This document shows, piece by piece, positions 25,801 through 38,491 of a stretch of DNA of 64,000 nucleotides (its first letter is position 1; the number at the start of each line of letters is the position of its first letter). The translations under genes were made by a program, and so were the position numbers. Source of the DNA: Lepidodermella squamata (Eukaryota > Animalia > Gastrotricha). The stretch lies in assembly GCA_047495785.1 (NCBI GenBank), contig JBLDXI010000002.1, positions 1,922,001 through 1,986,000 on the forward strand. Reading direction: 5' to 3'. A model generated the notes under the pieces. That model ran no database searches. It was not told the DNA's origin and saw only the letters and a program-made list of their open reading frames with translations.

Positions 25801-27330
25801 ATCGCCCTTAGACTCTATGACGCGTCACCAGTGGTACTTGAAAGCGAGCGCCGAATATACGCTAAAAATCAGGCCGCCTAAGTTGTTAAGCGTCAAAACG
25901 CACTGTAGCAGGTGTTCGATCGGTTTATAACTTATAATTGCTTTGAATTGCAATTTAAGACGCAAGTGGTATAGGCTGAAAATGCAGCAAGTTTTGACTA
26001 CAGGCCAGCCGAGCTTGGTTCCCTGGTGTTGCGTAAACAAGCGCGCTTGTACCTATGATTGGGAGGCATATTCACTCATTTAGCGCGTATTCTCTTTTAT
26101 TTTATTTAACTTATAAATAAGGCGTTGAACGCGATAGGAATGGTGAAGTATGATTTCATCGCAAAATATTGTAAATAAACGTATACTTTTGGTGAGCATC
26201 AATATTTTTCTCACCGCGCTGTTCGCTCGTCTTCGCTTTCGTTTCACGCGTGATTTTCACGAAAAATCTTAAAAATTCGTGAAATTCGATTTCATGGATT
26301 CATTCTTAATTAATTAATTGTAGCATGGGAATTTTGAGCATACAGTAGCTTAATACCCCGAATAAAAAGAGATCGACAAGTATAAGGATGCGGACTGCGG
26401 AAAACCGGAATGGAATGGAATATCCTAGGAATTGATTATTCGTATATAATTCCTTTTTATGGGCTCGTTATCTCCCGTTTGGTGTCACAGCCAAGCCAGG
26501 AGATAATTTCTTATGATTGCTGAGATCTACAGTCGCACAGGAAAGCAAAATCATTTCAAAGCACTAATTTCGACGTGCCCATGCAAAACCTAGAAAATTC
26601 CCAAAAATCGGACGGGAATAAAAGTTACATATTTCGATAGCTTAGCCCATCCTGGTGAAGAAAATATTTTTTCTGGAATTTCCTGATCAAGTTTTAACAA
26701 TTTTTTCCGCCCCGACATAATCGACAAATTTTGATCTTCGGGATTTTTGTAGCTACTTTGCGAATATCTAGATGGCCTTGTAAAGGTCCCAGGATGACGA
26801 GCCTAGTCTCGTTCGAAAGAGCGCTAAACGTTGTACTAGGATAGAAATTATGAAAAAATCAGAAAAATGACGTTTTTCAAAAAATCGATTTAAAAATGGG
26901 TCGATTTTACATGCATTTAGCTAGGCGCACATGGCTCAAATAAAACGCACAAAAATGTGGCTTTGCACATGGTGACCTTTGCACCCTAAAATTTTGACAC
27001 TATGGCAGGATCGTATGCTTCCGATCTTTATTATTATCTATGAGTGTCAGCCAACGCATGCTTGCTCAAGAGATCGACCGTCTGCAACCATTTAAGGCTC
27101 CAGGGATCGATGGCGTGGGTAATGTCTATTACAAGTGGGGTGGCGTTCCGTTACAGGCTCACTTTCGGCGCCTCTACAATATGTGTCTCGGTAGCCAATT
27201 CGCCCTGCCCGATTGGAAAGAGGCGGTTGTTGTCGCTGTTCCCAAGCCGGGTAAGACGTCTGACGCCGTTAGCTCTCAACGCCCGATTTCGCTATTGCCT
27301 TCTGATGGTAAGATATTGGAGGCGATCGTC
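22876..27330 (+). mobile_element. Degraded GC-rich non-LTR retrotransposon (ORF1 gag knuckle, APE endonuclease, start of RT), interrupted at 25200-27042
   Basis: CRKCSRYGHVAIDC knuckle; WNLQG, GDLNAKS, LDVW, SDH (APE); KAPGIDG and RPISLLP..KILE (RT) resume right after the insertion; premature stop at 24261. Confidence 0.9.
25200..27042. mobile_element. Non-autonomous P-element-type transposon with ~450-bp TIRs
   Basis: CATAGATAATAATAAAGATCGG termini; 8-bp TSD AGTGTCAG (25192-25199, 27043-27050). Confidence 0.9.
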
Positions 27331-29028
27331 AATAGAATCGGTAATATTTTGACAGGTTGCATAATTTGGCCTTTGGACAACTCAAATTTCAGTCGGTATT
27401 TAGGGTCATAATGTTTCGATCGGTTAATTTTTCAATTTTTGAAATAGAAAATAAGCAGGAAATATTGGCAAATAGGCGCTTTAAGCCTATGAAGTTAAGA
27501 CATTTCAGCCGGGTCAAATCAGCCTGATGTGAAGCGCTTAGTCAAACCCGTAGAAACATGTCATTTTTCAGACTACAATGTGGAAAAACCTTTCACGCAA
27601 TATGAAGTTTTTCTTTTTGGCGACATTTTCGCAGGTGACAAATAAGCAATGCAGCCACACTTATTATAATGTTATCACTATAGTCCGAATCTTCACTGAC
27701 GGCATCGCTTGCATCAATTCCACCTAATTCCCAGTTATTTCAGCCCCGTAAAATCAGTCCACGATGTTAAGGAGGAAATAATTTGTGGACGCTAAAATTA
27801 ATTAATCTTTTGCAAAAGTGTTCGTTCATTCAAGGACATTTCAGCTGGCAACAATGAAGCAATTTAGCCGAAATTTTCATCAAAATTTGATCCGAATTTG
27901 TATTAAAACTGAGCTCGCATTTCGACTGTCAATAAGGCTGATCGGTCCCTTGCTGTTATGTCGCTAGCGCAAATGTCGCCGAATACCGATTACGCACTAT
28001 TTCGCACTCGTACTATTCTCAATTACGAGTCACATAATTTGTCACATAATCGCATCATATAAAAAAAAATGCCTGCGGTTTTGTCCCCTGCTGAAATGTC
28101 GCACGCCCATGAATTAATAGGTTTGCTGCTTGGTATAATGAATCATCAAGCATGACTTGGAGAAAATTAACAAAAAATTAGGTCATTTTCTTTTTTGCCG
28201 TCGCTGGGCTGGGTCTTGATTCGTAGGAATTAGAAAAAATCGCTCCAAGAATGACTCGGCGAGTGGTTGGTAATTTCGGGCAAAAAACATGTTTAATGAA
28301 TGAAACGCCACTTGATTTTGTTAGTAGCTTCAACGATAAACCGAGTAAAGAAATGCGTTCTTGTTGAGCTAATAATTTCAACAAAAATAATGAAATGGTC
28401 TGTTTATCGCTTGTTTTGTTAATAATTTCATCTCTGTTGGAGATAAAGAAACGTACCCCATGACCGTTAAACCTTACGCAGCCGATAATTTCGCTCATTT
28501 GCCTCCCAATAGTGTAGTCCGTGCACTGTCTAAGACAAGCGCGTGTCCCCGTTGTGCCGGCGCCTTATTTGTCATGTCTGTTTGTTGTTGGTTTTATTTT
28601 GCTTTTAAATTTATTAACTGTACATGTCGGATAAGGACAATAAAAAATATGTTCGTTCGTTTTCGTTCGTATATCTTCTTATATGCTGTCTTTTTCTGAT
28701 TTATTATACCTTGTATTGTAAACCGAAAGGTGGGAGGAGTGTGGCGAAGCCACTTGTTGATTAAATGTTTTGAAATTGGCGGTCGACCTTCACCGAACCG
28801 GATAAACTACTTGGAATGTGAATGTAGCGCCAAATGGCGGATTATGATTGGCCGAACACCCGTATAAATATGGTTTGTAAATAATATGTAAGATATCTGA
28901 GAGAATACTGGCAACAACAGACCACGTGATATGAACACTCTCTAGTGGTCCTCTTGCCACAATGAAAAAGGAGAAAAAATAAAAAATCAGAATGAAAACA
29001 TTTATTTTCATCAGATATAGACCAAAAT

Positions 29029-32000
29029 TTACAAAATTGCACCGGCCGCTAAGAGAAACTCCACCGTTTTCTGTTTGTCTTCATCCGACACATCGTCATC
29101 GCAATTCTGGGCTATTAGCAAAGCTGTCCAGCCCGTCGACGGCACTCTGTAATTGACATCAGCGCCGAGCTCACGAATCAGCAAGTCAACAACAGCATGG
29201 CGACCTTTGAAGGATGCAGCCATTAGAACAGAACGCCATTTTTCAGATGAAGGATCAAACGAGTTCCCCAGTTTCGCCGCTATTTTAGGTGCAAAGTCCA
29301 AAGCATTGATATCTGCTGGAAACTGCGAAGTTAGAAGTCTCACAATATCGACGTGGCTCGAGTAAGCGGCAACGTGTAGAGGCGTAGTTCCATCTTCATT
29401 TTCTACATTAACCTGGCAGTTGTAATCCCCTGCAAGCATTCGGAAAATTTCCGTGCTTCCATTTTGAGCAGCGACGTGCAACGGCGTCGATCCTTTCTTG
29501 GTGGTGGCATTAACGTTGCATTTTAATTCCGCAAGCGTTTTGACGAATTCCGCGTGTCCATTATGAGCAGCAATGTGCAGCGGTGTCCAGCCATCCTCAT
29601 CAGAGTCATTGATATGGCAGTTGTACTCCCCTGCAAGCATTCGGAAAATTTCCGTGCTTCCATTTTGAGCAGCGACGTGCAACGGCGTCGAGCCTTTCTT
29701 GGTGGTGGCATTAACGTTGCATTTTAATTCTGCAAGCGTTTTGACGACTTCCGTGTGTCCATTCAAAGTAGCCATGTGCAGCGGTGTCCAGCCATCCTTT
29801 CTAGAGGTATTAACGTCGCAGCTGAACTCTCCTGCAAGCATTCTGACGACTTCCGCGTGTCCATTTAGAGCAGCGTGGTGCAAAGGTGTATCGCCATCTT
29901 TCCCAGAGGCATTAACGTCGCAGTTGATCTCTCCTACCAGCATTCGGACGATTTCTGCATGTCCCATCTGAGCAGCAATATGTAACGTCGTCCAGGTATT
30001 CTTAATGGCGGCATTAACATTGCAGTTGCCAGCAAGCATTTTAACGATTTCCGCGTGTCCATTAAGAGCAGCCATGTGCAAAGGTGTATGATCATGTCTA
30101 TCAGAGGCATTAACGTCGCAGTTGAAGTCTTCTGCAAGCATTCTGACGATTTCCGCGTGTCCTTGTAGAGCAGCAATGTGCAAAGGGGTGTAGCTATTCT
30201 CTGTTGCGGGATTGAAATGGCAGTGGAATTCGCCTGCTAGCATTTTTACGATTTCTGCATGTCCTTTTTGGGCAGCGATATGCAACGGCGTTAAGCCATT
30301 ATTACCGGAGGCATTAACGTCGCAGGTGAACTCTCCTGCAAGCATTCTAACGACCTCCGCGTGACCATACACAGCAGCCATGTGCAAAGGTGTCCAGCCA
30401 GCCTCATTGGAGGCATTCACGTCGCAGTTGAACTCTGCCGCAAGCATTATTCTGACGATTTCTGCGTGTCCATTCATAGCAGCGATGTGCAAAGGTCTAT
30501 GGCCATCTTTATTGGAGGCATTCACGTCGCAGTTGAACTCTCCAGTAAGCATGTTGACAATTTCCGCATGAACATTTTCAGCGGCCATGTGCAAAGGTGT
30601 AAGGCCATCTTTATTGCAGGCATTAACGTCGCAGTCGAATTCTCCTGCAAGCATTCTGACGATTTCCGCGTGTCCTTGTAGAGCAGCAATGTGCAAAGGC
30701 GTATTGCAATCCTTCCCAGAGGCATTTACGTTGCAGTTGATCTGTTCTGCAAGCAATCTGACGACATCCGCGCGTCCAATCTGAGCAGCGATGTGCAACG
30801 GTGTCCAGCCATTCCTTCCAGAGGCATTAACGTCGCACTTGAACTCTCCTGCAAGCACTTTGACGATATCAGCCTGTCCATTTAGGGCAGCCATGTGCAA
30901 AGGTGTATGACCTTTTTTATCGGAGGCATTAACGTCGCACTTGAACTCTCCTGCAAGCATTCTGAAGATTTCCGCTTGTCCTTGTAGAGCAGCAATGTGC
31001 AAAGGTGTCCAGCCATTCTCATCAGAGGCATTGCTATGGCTGTTGAACTCTCCTGCAAGCATTCTGACGACTTTCTCGTGTCCATTCTTAGCAGCGATAT
31101 GCAGCGGTGTCCAGCCATCCTTTCCAGTGGCATTAACCTCGCACTTGAACTCTCCTGCAAGCACTTTGACGATTTCCGCGTGTCCATTTAGAGCAGAGAC
31201 GTGCAAAGGTGTATAACCATCCTTCCCAGAGGCATTTACGTCGCAGTCTGAAATTCTTGCTAGCATTTCAATTACATCCAGGCTGCCTTTCAGGGCAGCG
31301 AGATGCAATGGTGTTAATCCTGCCACAGTTCTTGTGTTCACTTTGATGTATTCGTTTGCGAGCAGTTTAACCACTTCGGCCTGGCCCTCCAAAGCTGCGA
31401 CATGCAATAAAGTCACGCCGCGTTCATCCTGCTTTTGCACGTTAGCCTTCATCGCACCCGCTAGTAGTCCAACAACCTTGGCGTGGCCGTTTTTGACTGC
31501 CGCCCAAATTGGGGTCTCATCATTGTTTGCCGCAGTATCGATGCTCACTTGAGATACCGTTCCCAGGGTTTCGACCGTACGCAGATTGCCGTTATTCGCA
31601 GCTACATATATGGGCGTTCTCCCCAATAGGTCCTTAGACAGCGGATTAGCATTGAACCTCTTTACCAATTGCTTTGCAATCTCATCATGTCCTTCTTGGG
31701 CAGCTAGAAACAACGGGGTCACGCCTTCGAAGTTTTCGCAGTTAACGTTAATTTTCACAGCTGGGGTTGATAACAGCGATTCGATTTCTTCGATTTTGTT
31801 CAGTCTGATAAGGCGAAAAAGCAACTATAAATACAATGATAGCAAGCTCAAGGAAGAATTCGCCTTACCTTTTCTCCTGCGCTCAGGTCCGGAATAGCAA
31901 GATTTCCATCGGAAGCTGTTTTCATTAGCTGATTGGCGATTTGGTCTTCTGTTAACAAATTATCCGTTGCGTTAAGCAAAGCTAGTGGAGAGACGCGCCT

Positions 32001-34914
32001 CGTGCTGATTTTTTCACGAATCATCCCCATGATCGCGTTTCGGAATTTAAATGAATAACCGCGGGAATCGTCAAAGTCTTTCGGATGATTACTGAATGAG
32101 TAAGAGGGTCAATCGAAGGACGGCTTAGTGATTGAAACTTACAAAATGATTGCCAAAGTAGAGTCAAACTGAAAATTTTATTTTGTATGTAGAGCTTTGT
32201 TTCCAGCCAGAAGAAATAGCTTACAGGCATGAAGGAATTAGCCAACTCGAACAAAGTGACACCCAAAGACCACCAGTCGCTCGCGTTCGAGTGATCTTTC
32301 TTCGCGAATAGTTCAGGAGCTTTGTAAAGCTGATAACTGAGTCCGAATTTTCCAACTGGTTGCTGCTTGCTTCTATGTGAGAATTTGTACATGGCACATC
32401 ACCTCAAATACGTGTTCAAAAACGATCCTACCTTTCGTAAACTTTCGCCAGCCCGAACCCTCCAAGTTTGACAGAGGCGCTGTTATGGAGAAAAATATTC
32501 TTGGGTTCTATTGCGCGATGCAGGATACCGCTTGCGTGCAGCTTTTCCACCGCAAAAGCAAGCTGTCGTGACCATTCCATCAACAGACTTTCGGGAATAG
32601 ATCCAGCCGATTTTTCCTTATAATCATCCAAATTTCCATCCGAACAGTATTCCATTACCAAATGATAAATCGCACCTGCAGAGCCATGCTCTTCAAACAA
32701 TGAAAAAAAGAAATATAAAAATGAAGACAAACATGGCTTTTGACCAATTTTGAGTTGTTTGTCTTGATTAAGGTGGCAGATAATGATTTGTAGTGTGATT
32801 TCACATGGAACGGAGAATATAGACACAACTTACGCACTCAAAGCACAGTATTACGATAAACGAAAAGTGCATCCGACTCACCCTCAAATGATCCGAAAAC
32901 CGATAGGATGTTAGGGTGCAACAAATTCACGAGTTTAAGATTCTATATGTTAAAACCTCTTTTTACATGCATTTTTGATAAAAAAAAAACGGGGCTTTAC
33001 CTCGTCTCGGCTTAGCTTGATTAGTCGTTCTGCAAAATTAGGATCGCTGTCATAACTACGAGGAATTAGGCTTAGTTTGAAAGCCTTGACAACATAACGG
33101 GTCACGTCTTTGTATCGCTTGCATTGCATTGTCGAGCCGAAGATACCTCTTCCGAGAGTCTTTTCACGCTTGAACTCGTGGATTGAGGAAAACATTAACT
33201 TCTTTGCTTCTGCTACGGGCGCTTCGGTCTTCACTTGTCTAATGAAATGACTGCCCAGCAGATCAGCAGCCATAGCTCGTTCAGAAGGGTCTTTAACGAG
33301 CATCGAGAAAGCAAAGTAATGGTATTCTTCTGAATAGGATCGGTCTTGGTCGAAGGGTTTCGGTTCACTCCTAAGAAATGATAACGATTATTTATGACAA
33401 GATTTATGAAACGTTCGATTTTAGCGGTAATCTTATTGTGATATAAGGGGACCGAAATGTCCGATGCGACACTCCAAACTTACCCTGTGATGTCACCTGG
33501 GCAATCAAACTGAAAACAGTTAAACTTCGTTCAAGAGAGCAATCGCAATAGTGCTGACTTACTGGCAAGTAGAAGTTCGCTAGTTCGAAGAAAGTAACCC
33601 CGAGTGACCACCAGTCGCTAGCCTGAGAATTTGGCACATTATGAAACGTTTCAGGTGCCCTGTACAATGATGTGCCAAGACCAATTAGTGAGATACTCGC
33701 TGAACTGCGATATGAAGTTAAAGCTCCTCAGATACTCTTATTGCATAAAAGCTTACTCGCTTGTAGGGGGTCTAGCCAGACCAAAGTCGCCAAGTTTGAC
33801 AGTTTTCTCATCGTCGCACAAAAATATGTTCTTCGGCTTGATGTCGCGATGCAGTACGCCGAGGCTGTGAACCTTTTTGACAGCCGACACCAATTGACAA
33901 GCCCAGTTATGCAAGAGGCACTCGGGTATTATCGCCTGGGCATCTTTTTTTCGCCTAATGTAGCCTGACAAATCGCCGTGCGAACAATGCTCCGTCACCA
34001 TGTAATATATTTGATTCCCAGTCTGCCAATGGTCGAGCGTTTCAATCGGCTCCTTCAGCGGTTCTGCATGAGCAAATATAACGTAAATAGTGATCTATTG
34101 TGTCTTCTAATACTGTCTACCAATTTTACAAAAAAACAAATGCCTTCTACACAGGTTTTGCGCTTTACTTCGGTCCTGCTTCATATATATAGGGTGTCCC
34201 ATAAGTAACGCAAGCAAAAAAAAATAAACGGAAAGGGAACAGAAACTCAAAATGAGAGACGAACTCACGTCTCACGATCTCACGGCCAGAAAATGTTTAG
34301 AAAAATTCGAAACATCACGAGAATAGTAATCAAGTATGTGGCATGTTGATGGGATTGAAAACGTCCGGAGAAATTTGGTCCAACCGGGTAAAATACCGAA
34401 AATTACCAGTTACCATCGGGGTGTGCAAGGCGTGATTCATTCATGTAACAAGTCCGTGCCATGACCCATGGCAAAATTCCTTTCTAACCTGCCCAATCTG
34501 TCATTAGCTTAAATCCCTTTTATGACCTACGACATAAGGCAAGCTTTTCCAATTGATGCCAGCATGTGCCTACCTGTAAATGCACCACGGACAGCGACAA
34601 TGTTGTCATGCTTCAAGCTCTCAAGTAATTTGTGCTGATGAAAAATATCAAAATAAGCAAATGCAATCGAAAAAGCCCAAACGGCTATAAAGCCGTACCT
34701 CGTCGCAGCTCAATTTTATGAGTTTCATTGCGACAGTCGCATCGCCACTTTCTTGTCCGTAAGTCATCAGAATCACGTTCAGGTTGACAGCCTTAACCAC
34801 GTAGTCAGCTAAATCCCCATCTTTCCGCCGGCATAGCCATACAACACCAAAACCTCCTTTTCCCAGTTGTTGAATTCTTTCAAATTCAGATATAGAGGTA
34901 AATTCAGCCGCCAT
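29029..34914 (-). CDS. Tandem kinase-pseudokinase-ankyrin protein, copy B (apparently intact)
   Basis: Same exon series as copy A. Final exon 31824-29029 is an open 931-codon frame with ~26-27 ankyrin repeats and a C-cap. Confidence 0.9.
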
Positions 34915-35168
34915 GTTGTGTGTGAATGACGTGTAGCTTCCTGAATGAATCTAAAAACCCGCAACTAAAAACACGCATTGATCACAGCCCTCCTTAAATA
35001 AAGGGAAAGAAGAAGATAGGTAATAATTATGAGCTTTGTGAATGTGGCGTGCTTAGTGAATCTTCAAGAAATTAATCTATTTGGTGAAGGCGTGTAAAGC
35101 TTACACTCTTTTACATAAAAAAGCTTAGATAATGGTAGAGGTTAAGCAGGCTTAAGCTTAACGTCGTA

Positions 35169-35480
35169 CATAGATAAATAAAAAAGATAGATCTGACACG
35201 CTAGTACATTTATGTGTGCCGAAATGATTCATCAAGAGTTTTCGCTTTTTTTGTCGCGTCACTAAATCACTTGTCAACATCACTAAAAATACTGCATAAT
35301 CAACGCAATTGACAAGTGATTTCGGGTGGCTACTTCACCTCAATTTATCTCAAAACACACCCCCTTCGATTTTCCAGTTTTATTTAGAAGTATCAACCTC
35401 GGGTTATATCTACATTGATGCCGGCCATCCGTTATTTTTTAGAATTTTTCAAATCTTCCACATTTCAGCAATCAATTTAA
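35169..35480. mobile_element. Truncated copy of the P-type MITE (one TIR plus internal sequence)
   Basis: CATAGATAAATAAAAAAGATAGATCTGACACGCTAG... matches the 20002-20778 TIR; 35440-35480 is the reverse complement of ~20445-20485. Confidence 0.85.
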
Positions 35481-35960
35481 CACATTGGTCCGTGCTTTAT
35501 CGGACGATCCTGTCCGAACACGAACGGACAAGGAGTAGGGCCGGTAAGGGGTGAAAACTGCTCAAATTTGAAATTAGATGAAACTTCCAGTTCCCCGGCC
35601 AATTGTCCTATTGTCCGGCCTCTCTAGTCTTTTTCATTACTTCTGACATACTTCTGTGAATCATAGTCTCATGTTCCGAGTAAATATTATTTCCCTTTAT
35701 AAAAGTTTACTGTAATAATTGCATGAAGTCTACTCAGAAATCAATGATAATGGATCGATTTTTATCGAAAATAAGAGTGTAATAAAACCATAGGCTCCAG
35801 GTATGTTATTATTTGACCAAGAACGTCACAACCCTGCCTTTATTAAATGTGAAACAGAAGTTATAGCGGAAATCTCGCCACTATGTTTTCAAGTTTGATC
35901 TGCTCACGTGAAAATTGCTATTTAACCACCGCAAAAATTATAATACAAAAAGTTCAAAAA

Positions 35961-37540
35961 ATGTCGCTAAATTATTTAATAATTTTGGCCGCAAGTTCGG
36001 CACTGGTTGCTAGTGATAACATATTTATCCAGAGAAATTCCGCCGCCGAGCAGTTGAGGCAGAAGTTCAACGAAATATGCCCGGCGTCCATGTCGGAAAG
36101 CCTGCCCTCCGACTGGGTGATTGCCAGCAATTACGAGAAACCTCTCTACGTGAAAGGCGTTTTCTTGTTATTCCGATTTGTCGGGATCGACGACCTTGCT
36201 CAAACCGGGTCGGTTTGGGGCCTTTTCACGTTTTACTGGAACTACCCATGCCCGGCACCTTCTTGTTTTGAGCTGTTAGGAAACTCACCTCAGACTTGCC
36301 AGAATCAATCCAAGTACGAACATCTGTATTTCATCCAAAGAAGCAACGATGTTTGGACGCCGAAAATCACGCATTTAAACGCAGTGCAGCAAGCTCGGGA
36401 CGTTGAAGAGCAGTCTGGAGGGGCTGTGATAGTTCGGCCTTTCAAACGGTCCGAAACTGTCGAACAGTCGTCGATTGGTCGCTATGATTCAGAGTGCGAG
36501 TTTCATTTCAAAACGTTCCCGTTCGACGTCGTCCTATGCTCGTTGGTTTTCGATTCAGACGAAGAGACGAACTATGTTCAGTACACTATCGACCAGTTTG
36601 ACATTGATGTCTCGGCGAGAAAGAGGTTTCTAGCTGATAGCGACATTTGGGAGCTACATGGGAATTTGTCATATAAATCCAAGGCAGTCACGCAGGTAAA
36701 AATCTGAAATTCAGAAAAAATTGTAGAAAATATTTAAAAAATATCAAATTTTAAATTTTCGAAAATTCGAATTCAATTTGACTGGAACCCATAATTTACT
36801 GAAGCGGAACCAAATCTTAAAACTTAAAAATTAAAAAATTTATGAGAAGTACCATTTTATTCAAATTATTTCGAAAAATCCCATTTGCCCTAATACCGAA
36901 AATTACCGAATATTTACAAAATTATTAAATTGTCGCCAAAAATATCCAGAATAAAAAAACAGTTGCCCAACTAATTGGACCCTGAAATGGTATTTGATGC
37001 AGTGAAAGAAATTAAAAATTAAAAATTAAAAATTTGGTAAAATGAAGGTGGAAATATTTTTTTATACAGACTGATGTTTCGAAAAACTATTCTCGAATGG
37101 TGTTCAGCATAGCGTTCAAGCGAAAACCCGACTACTACGTCGGCACTGTCATTTTGCCCGCCTTTGTGCTTTACGTCCTGCAACTGGTCGGACTTGCCGT
37201 CCCGCCGCACATGCCCGATCGATCAGCTTTTGGCATCACCGTCGTCCTCGCCTTTATTGTCATCCTCGGCATCGTCTGCAGTGCAATACCGAAAACAAGC
37301 GAGGTCATTTATTTGGTTACTATGATTCTCATCAAATTCGTCTGTGGCTCACTGATCACTGTATACGAACTGGCGACGTGTGCGTGCCAGATTAAGCCGA
37401 GCCATTGTCCCAAAATAAAAATTGCGAAAATCGGCAAAATTTCGGCAATTCGAATGTTTGATTGTCTGGTAGCTGCCATTTTCAGTGTCTTAGGAATCTG
37501 TGCTGATGCCTATTTATTTGCAAGAATGATTCCAAAATAA
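35961..37540 (+). CDS. Cys-loop ligand-gated ion channel subunit (divergent, nAChR-superfamily), ~401 aa, exons 35961-36695 and 37070-37540
   Basis: Signal peptide MSLNYLIILAASSALVAS; loop A VWTPKI; Cys-loop CEFHFKTFPFDVVLC; four TM segments; phase-0 GT-AG intron. Confidence 0.9.
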
Positions 37541-38491
37541 TTTTAGTCTATTAAACTGTTGTTATAGAGGATTTTTAATAAAATATCAATTTTTATGCTG
37601 CCAGGAAAAGAATTGTCTTTCAGAATTTGAAAGTTACAATAAATTCTTCTTATCGAATTAGCTGCTATGACGATATTGAAAATAAAGCGATCGTGTTCAT
37701 TGCCATCCGATGCATCGTCTGCAGGGCTAGAGCATCGCCAGGTATTAGCCGGGTGAATTTGTTGGAAATTTTCGGCAAATACGGGGTTGTATTGGAGTTC
37801 TTGGGCTATCGAATGACGGTTTCCGCCAGGCCGGACAATTTTACCTTAATTTATGGCAGATTTCGCAGTCACCTGGACTCCCAACGAAATTAGGGCACCC
37901 GGCCACCTCATTCAAGTACGGTAATACCTGCAGTTCAGTACCGCAACATTTCTCTCGACAAGGTGACTGTCGAAACTGTCTCTGTTGCTTTACCTGTGAG
38001 CTTGCCCATGCGTGCCCGATTAAAAGCCGAGATATTTTCCTCGAATAAATATCGCTAAAAACTGCCATACATTTCGACAATGCGTATGTTTGATTTTTAC
38101 TATTATATGAATATGCGTTGATTTTTATTTATTGAAGAAGACGTTTACATTGTATTTATTGATTGATTGATTGATGCGCAGTATTTAAGAGACTTCCGAA
38201 TCAATATATAGAGAATAATGATAAAAGGGCGCCCCTATCTGCATATAATTATGTGGTATATTTTAGCTATTTTTACATAAAAAATTCAAAACTTACCTTA
38301 ATCCTGACCCAAACCCAAAGCTAACCAGGAAACCCCCAAAAATGCGTGTAAAAACGAGGTTTGAAAATTATGTACAAATAGTTACAATATATACCACATA
38401 ATTAAAAATAATGCACAAATGGGCACTTCGATATAATAAAATTAAGCGCATATTTTTCAGTCAGTTGAAAAGCTGCGATTTTTGTTACTTG

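Noticed and set aside
21007-27330. RTs next to variable repeats as a DGR-like diversifier
   Set aside because: The RTs are degraded LINE fragments; there is no template/variable repeat pair or adenine-specific pattern, and unequal recombination explains the variation.
27331-28990. Unannotated 1.6-kb stretch with short ORFs
   Set aside because: No motifs, TIRs or paralogy that I could support.
12764-31897. Many plus-strand and alternate-frame ORFs over the ankyrin arrays
   Set aside because: Shadow frames of 102-bp coding repeats; no independent coding signal.
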